From Octopus vulgaris (Eukaryota), in assembly GCA_951406725.2 (NCBI GenBank), contig OX597819.1:127224001-127288000 (forward strand): a DNA stretch of 64,000 bases, read 5' to 3'. The position numbers and the translations under genes are program-made. Numbering within the stretch: the first letter of the stretch is position 1; each line of letters begins with the position of its first letter. Positions 54,967-64,000 of the stretch are shown piece by piece. The notes under the pieces were generated by a model, which searched no databases, was not told where the DNA came from, and saw only the letters and a program-made list of their open reading frames with translations.

Positions 54967-55590
54967 TTACATAGAGAGTATTTTGCGTAGGATATGAGCA
55001 GTTCCCATGAGCACTATCTTTTGAACTTCTGCCATTTTTGGGTTTCCTGGTATCTGAGTTAGGTAGCTATCAGCCCCTTTTGCTATCATTCCCAGGGCAC
55101 CTATGACAACAGGTATTGTTTTAGTCTTCAGCTTCCACATTTTGCTGATTTCTATTTCAAGATCTTTATATTTGCTCAGTTTTTGGTAGGTCTTGACAGA
55201 TACGTTTATATCGATTGGGACAGTCATATCAATGAGGAGGCATGTTCTTTGTTTGAAGTTTTTCAATATGATGTCTGGCCTATTTGCATCTATCTTCCTG
55301 TCAGTTTGAATGGTGAAGTTCCAGAGGAGTGAGATGTGGTCATTTTCAAGCACTGGGGGTGGTTTGTGTTCCCACCAGTTTTTTTCATGGGGCAAATCCA
55401 GGTTTTTACAGATTACCCAGTGAATATATTGTGCAGCTCTATCGTGCCTGTTGAGATACTCTGTAGGCGCTAGAAGACTGCACTTGGAGACCACATGGTC
55501 AATGGTTTCATTTGTTGCTTGCATACACGACACGTTGGACTGCTTCTGATTTTTAATATGTTGGCCTGGTAGTTTCTTGTTGGTAGGCAT
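54967..55590 (-). pseudogene. C-terminal zinc knuckle + restriction-like endonuclease (frameshifted continuation)
   Basis: ETIDHVVSKC, RHD, NRPDII...LLIDMTVP...KLSKY (PD-D-K), IPVVIGALG, VQKIVLMGTAHILRKIL. Confidence 0.92.
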
Positions 55591-58445
55591 TGATCTTGAG
55601 CTGCTATGATAAACCCCTCTGTTTCAGATTTTAAGCCAGAGGCCATTAGCCATTGATGGGTCAGGGCTTTGTCGATATCTGCATTATTCGCTCTCTTTGG
55701 GTATTTGCCATAGAGAGGTTTTTCTTGCCATTTATTATTCAGAATATCTAAGGCCGCAGTTTTGGCACGGGTTTTCATGCGCCTAGCTTTTTCTGTGCTT
55801 GTTTCTTGTATATCTATCTCCGAAATTGGTTGTATTCGGAATTCACTTAGATATTCCTTTGCCTGTTTTGTGACTGAGTATGATGCTTTCTTGTTTTCAT
55901 GTTTTGAGACAAGTTTTAGCATCCAGTCCTCAGAGTTTTTCAGGTAGGTGTCTAGGCCAATTGTAGCTTTGATTGCTTCGATCCTGTTTCTTGCATTCAG
56001 CTCTGTTTTGAGTATTGCTCTCACTCTTCGATAGCATTCTCTCCTGATCCTTTCCTTCATCTCTGAATGCCTTATTCCGTTCCCTTCAATTATCCCTAGG
56101 TACTTGTAGCTCTCCGCTGGGTCTAGTTCTTTTATGACATTCTGTTGGTCAAGGTTAACGTTAGATGTTTCTGTCATTTTTCCTTTGATAAAGGTAGCCT
56201 TTGCACATTTATCGAGGCCGAATTGCATTCTGATGTCGTCACTGAATTGTTTGACTATCGCTAGTAAGCCCTTGAGTTGTTGATCATTTTTTGCAAAAAG
56301 CTTTAAATCATCCATGTAAACGAGATGATTTATATTTTTATCAAACATTTTATACCCGTACTGCGCGTCATTGAGCAGCTTTGAGAGAGGTATTAAGGAT
56401 AAACAAAAGAGGAGTGGTGACAGTGAGTCACCCTGGAAAATGCCACACGAAATTTTTACATCACCAGCATTTAGGAATTCACTGTCACTGTTCAGAGTTA
56501 GTGTGGTTCTCCATGATCTCATACTTACAGTCAAGAAGTTTCGCAGAGTTGGTGCTATCTTATACATTTCAAGGCATTTTCTAATCCAGCTATGTGGTAG
56601 GCTATCAAAAGCCTTTTTATAGTCTATCCAGGCTATTGATAAGTTTTTGTGTCGTTTGTGACAATCTTCTAAGATCATCTTATTGATGAGTAGTTGGTCT
56701 TTACAGCCGTAGGATCCACGTTTACATCCTTTCTGTTCATTAGGGAATATGCTGCTGTCTGTTAAAAAACTATAGGTATATTCCGTCAGGACAGATGTTA
56801 GTGTTTTGTACATAGTTGTTAAGCAAGTTATGGGTCTATAGTTTTTTGGTTCATTTGTTTCTTCACTTTTTGGAAGCAGGAATGTTAACCCATTAACTAG
56901 CCAAGGAGGCATCCTACTAGGGTGTTGCAAAACATCATTGTACAGTTCTGTTAGCAGTTCATGGCTCTCTGGGAAGGCATTCAGCCAGAAGTTAGGAATT
57001 TTATCCTTTCCTGGAGACTTCCATTTGCTTGACCTCCTGAGAGCAGATCTTATATCTTCTACCTTGACACCCTCCCACTTTTGCTCTTCTAAGGGGTCCA
57101 GTTCTGTAGATATTCTGTCAATCCAGGGGGCCTTTTCGTTGTGTGTTTTTTCTTCTGCCCAGATTTTATTCCAAAATCTCTGCACTTCTTCTTTTGATGG
57201 TACAGACCCTGCAGTAAACGCTGTTTTTCCTATCTTCCTGTAAAAATTCTTGGTGTTATTTTTGAACATGTTGTTGTCCTTGAAAAATCTAACACGCTTT
57301 TCATACCTCGCTATGCGGGCAGCTTTGGCAGATACCTTTTGTTTGATGGTTTCTATGGTGGCATCAATATCAAGTATAGTTTTCATATTGTATTTTTTCA
57401 GTAATTTTTGGGTTTTTGTAGGTTTGGTAATCTTGTGAGCCTTAAGGTTTTTCAAATATTCAATGTCAGATCTAAATATTTTAATTTGTTGTTGCAGACG
57501 CTCTTGCCAAGAAGGCTTTTTGTGGGACTGTTGCCGTTTTCTAATCTTTACACCACATAGGATCGTTGAGATTTTCGCGGATGCATAGTATAGGTGGTTG
57601 AGGTTTGTGATATCAACATCATTAACTGAAATTATATCCTTAAGTGCAAGCCGGATTTTACCAATTATTTTCATGTTTTGGTTAGAGTTGCGGATTTTAG
57701 GAAGTGTATCACGCTCATCCATGCTGGTTTCTTTAATTTTCAGCCATTCAATCATGATTTGATTTTTTAGCTCATGTAGTTCTGTTGGGTCAATATTTGT
57801 GTGACTTTCTTTATCTATTTGATGCTCATCTGTCTTAGTGTTTATGATTGGTTCAGGGCGTATTTCACTTTGCCTATCACTTATACTAACTCTTTCAATC
57901 CTCTCTTCGTTTTTATCCGCCCTGGGCTGGTCTATAATCATTTCCTCTGTATTATCTTCTCTAGCTGCAGCTTCGTTCATTTTATCCGATATTGCTTGTC
58001 TAACCTGATCAATCTCTACTTCAGTCAGTAATTTCTTTTTTATAATGTTTCTTCTAACATTGGCAAGCTTGTTACTGTCTATGTAGGGTCTTACTTCAGG
58101 GTGTTTCTGTCTCCAGTTTAAGTATGCTTGTACAGTGCTAGACTTATCTGTGGGGAAATATATGGCATGGTAGAAGGCCTCAAGAACTTCTTTATTATCT
58201 TCCCTAGACCATTTTTCCTTCTTTTTCTTTTGATTATTTGGTGATGAGCATGGATGGCCATCTGTTGGAATATTCCGGTTGTGGGGTTCGTCCAGCTCCT
58301 GTGTGTTGGGAAGATTTGATCCAGTAACTGATTTTTCAATCAGGATTTGGTTCAATTTTCGGGTACGTGGTCTTTTGTAATCCGCGCAATGACCAATGCG
58401 GTTTATTGTTTGATTTGTTGACCTTGAAGCATGACGAGCATCCAT
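55470..58445 (-). pseudogene. reverse transcriptase ORF (991 aa) of the R4/Dong element
   Basis: WKSPGKD, NYRPITCL, EQKG, AWIDYKKAFDSLPH, GIFQGDSLSPLLF, YMDD, YKYLG, WQEKPLYG, AAQDQ, CRVC; frameshifted just after CRVC. Confidence 0.93.
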
Positions 58446-58584
58446 TCTTATATTAGGAGATGGATCTGTCAGTTTAGGGTCAACAAATCAAACAATAAAC
58501 CGCATTGGTCATTGCGCGGATTACAAAAGACCACGTACCCGAAAATTGAACCAAATCCTGATTGAAAAATCAGTTACTATAATC

Positions 58585-58585
58585 A

Positions 58586-58616
<31 letters not shown>

Positions 58617-58646
58617 TATTATTATTATTATCATTATTATTATTAC

Positions 58647-58704
<58 letters not shown>

Positions 58705-58795
58705 GTTGCTGTTGTTGTTGTTGTATTCGTCGTTGTTGTTGTATTCGTCGTTGTTGTTGTTGTTGTTGTTTTTGTCGTTGATGCTGTTGTTATTT
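58585..58795 (+). repeat. (TTA)n(TTG)n microsatellite
   Basis: Directly visible. Confidence 0.97.
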
Positions 58796-58799
58796 AATT

Positions 58800-59130
58800 G
58801 TATATGGAAAAAAGTGTTATATTCCGAGTTCATACCCTGAATATTGGGTCACAAACTTGTTCCCTTAAACATCAAAGACTTTTTGGAGAATCCTTGCTGT
58901 TTCTAATGGAACTGATTTCTGTAGTAATGTAATTCTCGTTAGTGAATGCACTTGGTATGTTCCCATTTTCTCTTTTTCTTTAACTGTTAGATTCCTATAA
59001 GCAGACATAGCCACATCTACGATAATAGACTCTTTTGTCACCATGTCCAGAATGATAATATTTCGTCGTCTTGCTTAAACTATTGTCTAGTACTCAGTTT
59101 ATGTACTTTCATAGATGATAGGTATATTTG
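58800..59130 (-). pseudogene. decayed R4/Dong-like 3' end
   Basis: Minus: RRRNIIILD and RITLLQKSVPLETARILQKVFDV*. Confidence 0.6.
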
Positions 59131-59181
59131 GTGAGTTTAGCAGGAGTTAGATTGATGCGAAGCTCTAGTCAAGATGCGTAT

Positions 59182-59240
59182 TTTCTACTGAAGAGGGAAA
59201 AATCTATAGGATTAATCCCGAAATTGATTCAATATAGTAA
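59182..59240 (+). ncRNA. type I hammerhead ribozyme with fully canonical core
   Basis: uuucua-CUGAAGA(59188-59194)-ggga aa aauc uauag gauu aa uccc-GAAA(59220-59223)-uug auu caa-UA-uaguaa. Confidence 0.8.
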
Positions 59241-59499
59241 TAACAAACTTTAAAAAAAAATTCTGTAAGCTAGCTTTCCCCGATTTCAGCACGACGTGTA
59301 TTTATAGTGAAGGCATATTGTAATGTGGAAATTGACGATTTAAAGTCTGTTACCAGCATATTGGCATAGAAATAATTTTTCTTTTGCCCTTGTTTATAAG
59401 TTGTTTATACTTTTAACCGTTAAAGATATTTTAATATAGTGCCACTTTTGATTAAATTTTTTCTGAAAAAAAAATGTTATCCTATATTAGTAGTATGTG

Positions 59500-59580
<81 letters not shown>

Positions 59581-60016
59581 GTGAGTGTGTGTATATATAT
59601 ATATATATATACATACATAAATACATACATACATACATACATGCATGCATACATACAAACATACATACATACATACATACATGCATACACATATATACGT
59701 ATATTATAACGTATATATATTTATGACCATACCTAGCTATGAGCTGTCAACTTACTCTTGTCCTTTATTCAAAATAGACAGGCTTCTAGTCTCAGATTTA
59801 GTAGTTGATGAAGCGATAAATGAATTAGAAATGAATTACAATCCCTTAAAACCCTATGACTCCACCATGCTCCATGTGATTCTCAGAAGTTGTAGTCTAT
59901 TATTTGCTACAATAGCGACAACATGAATTTCTTCCATCTTCTTGCTCTGTCAAAATATATGAGAAAAATTATGTTAATGTGTCTTACTTGTTAAAATTCC
60001 ATTTATTCATTTACTT

Positions 60017-60104
60017 GTGCAGCTGAAGACTGCACTGCATTTAAATTGATGTAATGATTGCATTGCTCAATTAAATGGAGCTGCTTGAAACAGTCGTACT
60101 ACAT
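60017..60104 (+). ncRNA. degenerate type I hammerhead, same family as 36567-36655
   Basis: gugcag-CUGAAGA-...-GAAA-cagucg-UA-cuacau; downstream homology (ctggatatc, acttaagtacc) to about 60220. Confidence 0.6.
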
Positions 60105-60233
60105 CACTACTGGATATCCTGATGCTTATTGTGATTTTATTTACCTTACTTCGGGCTGTGCGGATAATACCGGACCGACTTGATGCTTCAACTTAAGTAC
60201 CTAATTCAAGTGAATCTCAATTATTTTTTATGC

Positions 60234-60304
<71 letters not shown>

Positions 60305-60457
60305 TGTATTTATGTATATATTTCTATATATGTATATATATATATATATATATATAAATATATGTGTGTGTATATATTTTGTTTGTGTGTGTGTTTGTGC
60401 ATTTATGTGTGTATGTATGTTTCTGAATATATATATACATACACATACACACACACA

Positions 60458-60495
<38 letters not shown>

Positions 60496-61596
60496 ACGCT
60501 ACCTTCTGTTTCTTCGTATCTAAGCCGGAGATTCGGCCGCATCTTCAGGGTATCGTCAATAAAATAAGTGTTTTAAACATGGACAGTAGATGGAAGAAGT
60601 ACAATAGTGTTGAACCGGATGCCTTCTAGCATTTTTTCAAGTTTCTGGCTTCTGAGTTGAAACATGCTTAAATGTTTAAAGTGCATTTTCACCATCTCAC
60701 AAGCTGAACGCGTCGAGGAAAGTATATCTTCGAAAGAATGCTCAACGTCAAATATATGGCTCTAAGCAGAGTGAGGAAAAGTATTCTTCCAGTTTGGAGA
60801 TACATGGGATTTCTGAATGAATACACTACAAATACGACATGCAGGAAAAGAAGAGAAAAACCATTAAGATATGTCAATAAAAGAGAATTTACAATGTAAT
60901 AATCGTTGCCTTTTTTATCTTTTCAAATATAGAAAACATGTTTGGCGGACAACATGTGCTTTTTAAAGTCTAGTTATATAAATTTCTCAAGAAACATCGG
61001 AGATTTTGATGAAAACAATTTCTCAGAGAAAGTACAAATCCTTTTTGTGACACTAGAAAGGTGAAAAGTGAATATTTTATTATTATTAGTGTTTCAAAGG
61101 TATTTAGGACACATACCGAGTGAGACAATGGAAAAAAAAAATACTTGCCACATAGTTAATTAATACAGTTAATAACTTTGAAAGGAGTGGATTGGGTTTG
61201 GATCGATGGAATGTCGACTAGTTTAGATATTAATTGAAGTCTTAATTACCCTTGTGCCATAAACAAGTTGAAATGCGTCAGATTTATTCAACGTTTTGTA
61301 TGTATTTTCTTACGGATGATTTTCTTCAAGAAATAGTTCATTTATATCTCTTAATTCCTGCATGGATGATTGCACATATGTTTTAACATTAAGAGGGACA
61401 TGTTGTAAATAGGAGAAAATGTAGGGCAGAAAAAGAAGTTATAGGAAAACTATACAATCGACCTTAGTCTTTACTATATTATTAATTTGATTTCAAATAG
61501 AATAATACTTTTCAGACTTAGCCCACAACGTTAAAAATCATAAATCCAATTGCTGAGTTTTCTGTTATGTATTTTCTTCATAAGAACTTTAATAAG

Positions 61597-61862
61597 TTCT
61601 ATTGTGTCTGGGGAGAGTCATTTTCTTTTTGTGCCTTATTATGTAACACACTCCCCGGTAAAATTTTTACTTTTTTTCTTATTTTTATTTTCCTAAAATT
61701 TTCGTTGCGTCTTGCAACCTTTTCAAAAACTATTGAAAAGGTTGCAAGACGCAACGAAAACTTTAGGACAATAAAAATAAGAAAAAAAGTGGAAATTTTA
61801 CCGGTGAGTGTGTTACATAATAAGGCACAAAAAGAAAATGACTCTCCCCAGACACAATAGAA
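61597..61862. repeat. near-perfect palindrome (130-bp arms, 6-nt spacer)
   Basis: 61597-61726 is the reverse complement of 61733-61862 with about 5 mismatches. Confidence 0.95.
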
Positions 61863-63109
61863 TATGCTTCAACACACGAACTCATATAAAGAATCTTGCA
61901 AACCGAATTCAAAAACGGAACCTCAGTAAGTTTAACAGTGAAAGTTTATGAATTAATATACAAACTGAACTCAGCCATCTTGTCTATGTCTTCCCATTCT
62001 GCTTCATTAAACTTTTCAAGTAATCGGACAATATTACATTTCCTTGTCAGAATAAAACTAGAATCTGTGTTAAAAAGAAAACAAATATTCAACAATATTA
62101 CAATTAGGTACTCTAGCTGTGAGTTTATATAATTATACCTATCACTTCAGACTCACGATCTTCTCTTATTTCTTACAAATGCTTCTTGAAATCTACTTAG
62201 AAGTCAGCTAAAACAACTTCACGGTAAATACCAATCTCCAGTTAAGACCTTGGTAGGACATTTTTCGACATTTCTGTTCCACCCCACTAAAACCAGACTT
62301 AACTTGTATTTGAAACAACTGTTTAATTATGTATATCTGCATCCCGCTGTGAGCCACGAAATTTTACATACCCCCACAAAAAATAAAAACATAAAAATAA
62401 AATATAAACTAAACACTCAAAAAATAGGTAAGCCTCTGAGAAACAGTGTGGATTAAGTTTATTTAATTAGCATTTTAAATGCTAATTAATGATTGCTTGC
62501 TAACTTGTCACATAGAGTAAGGCTGTCATAAAATAACATACGCCAAGTATGGTACCACGAGTAGAAAGCTTTTTTCCATTCAGTGGAGACATTCGCTTCG
62601 TAGTAAAAAATTGGGTTACACTGAACAAATATCACAGTACTTATTTCTGTCTATAAACTATATATGATACAGTTCTTATCAAGAACTCTAAATTGGTCTT
62701 TATGTAAGCCTCCATCAATTTGCTGCCACTTGAGTGATCGATTGATACAAACGGTAGAACACCGAATAAAATAATTATGGTTCATCTTTAGCTTATTTTT
62801 GATTATTGCAGTAAGTATATCCTAAAGTATAAATGTAATTTTAAGATGAAATCCTTTCGATTGAACAGGGGTAAATACACCTCAATGAATGCAAATACTT
62901 TCCGTCTCCCAAATTTCATTCTCTGGAATCAAGGCTATGATAGAAAACACTTGTCCAATGTGCCTTCTAATAATATGGAACCTAAAAGCAGGTATTTATG
63001 AAATTCCTAATCACACAGCCGTGCCTAGTAATGACTTGATAAGAATAAAAAATAGAAGAGGCTCGTCTCACCGAGAGCTTATTTATCAATGATACTGTAC
63101 AAATAGATG

Positions 63110-63529
63110 TTATTTCTTTATTGCCCACAAGGGGCTAAACACAGAGGGGACAAACAAAGACAGACAAAGAGACTGAGTCAATTACATCGACCCAAGGGCG
63201 TAACTGGTACTTAATTTATCGACCCCGAAAGTGATGAAAGGCAAAGTCGACCTCGGCGGAATTTGAACTCAGAACGTAAGCGGCAGACGAAATACCTATT
63301 TCTTTATTACTCACAAGGGGCTAAACACAGAGAGGACAAACAAGGGCAGACAAACGGATTAGGTCGATTATATCGTCCCCAGTGCGTAACTGGTACTTAT
63401 TTAATCGACCCCGAAAGGATGAAAGGCAAAGTCGACCTCGGCGGAATTTGAACTCAGAACGTAAACGCAGACGAAATACCGCAAAGCATTTCGCCCGGCG
63501 CGCTACTGGTTCTGCCAGCTCGACGCCTT
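63110..63529 (-). mobile_element. SINE family C, dimer
   Basis: Head + two units with the shared gaaatacctatttcttta junction. Confidence 0.88.
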
Positions 63530-63808
63530 ATGATTTAATAATTGTTGATAGCAGCAAGTACTCTCCGAAATGATATTTCTTCTTTTACGTTTAACATTTT
63601 CTATGAGAAATCCGAGTAAGATGAAACAGTCATCTAAAATAACTAATATAACAAAGAAGTACTTACTATCTATATTTATGTCTTAATACTTGAAAAGACA
63701 AGCGGTTTGTTCGCAAAAACAAGAGGATATTCAGTTTCTGCCGTCGAATGTGAATTAATTAAGTTGCTTCAATATTTCTGTCAGATTGTATCTTATACAG
63801 CGTGAAAG

Positions 63809-63827
63809 TACACACACACACACACAG

Positions 63828-63882
<55 letters not shown>

Positions 63883-63996
63883 CACATACACACACACAGG
63901 CACAAACACATACACACGCACGCACACACGCACACGCACGCACATACACGCACACGCATGCACATACATGCAAACGCACACACATATACACACACA
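63809..63996 (+). repeat. (CA)n-based microsatellite
   Basis: Directly visible. Confidence 0.97.
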
Positions 63997-64000
63997 GGTA

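Larger units (their letters stand above)
54733..58477 (-). mobile_element. R4/Dong-clade non-LTR retrotransposon, 5'-truncated, near complete
   Basis: Single RT + CCHC + REL coding region, about 230-nt 3'UTR ending AATAATAAT, (TAA)n upstream. Confidence 0.93.

Overview
Low-GC, repeat-saturated eukaryotic DNA. The SINE families and microsatellite load look like an Octopus (cephalopod) genome; this is my recognition, not a search result. I found no host exon, tRNA/rRNA gene or CRISPR array, and nearly all ORFs in the track are microsatellite artefacts. The window is probably intergenic or intronic. It contains: (1) a near-complete R4/Dong-type non-LTR retrotransposon (RT plus restriction-like endonuclease, 54733-58477, minus) with a perfect 101-bp fold-back at its truncated 5' end, plus several Dong remnants, most in (TAA)n tracts in the same polarity; (2) Tx1/L1, RTE and Penelope-like fragments; (3) four tRNA-derived SINE families, one of which occurs as head+(184-bp unit)n multimers; (4) non-autonomous Helitrons and several MITEs/palindromes, including a Merlin-like MITE nested in a SINE. 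The most notable unannotated signal is at least seven type I hammerhead-ribozyme-like motifs (25.3, 25.8, 27.4, two at 36.4-36.7, 59.2 and 60.0 kb). They sit in short non-coding, (TA)n-flanked, often inverted-duplicated elements that resemble Penelope-like pseudo-LTRs or retrozymes.
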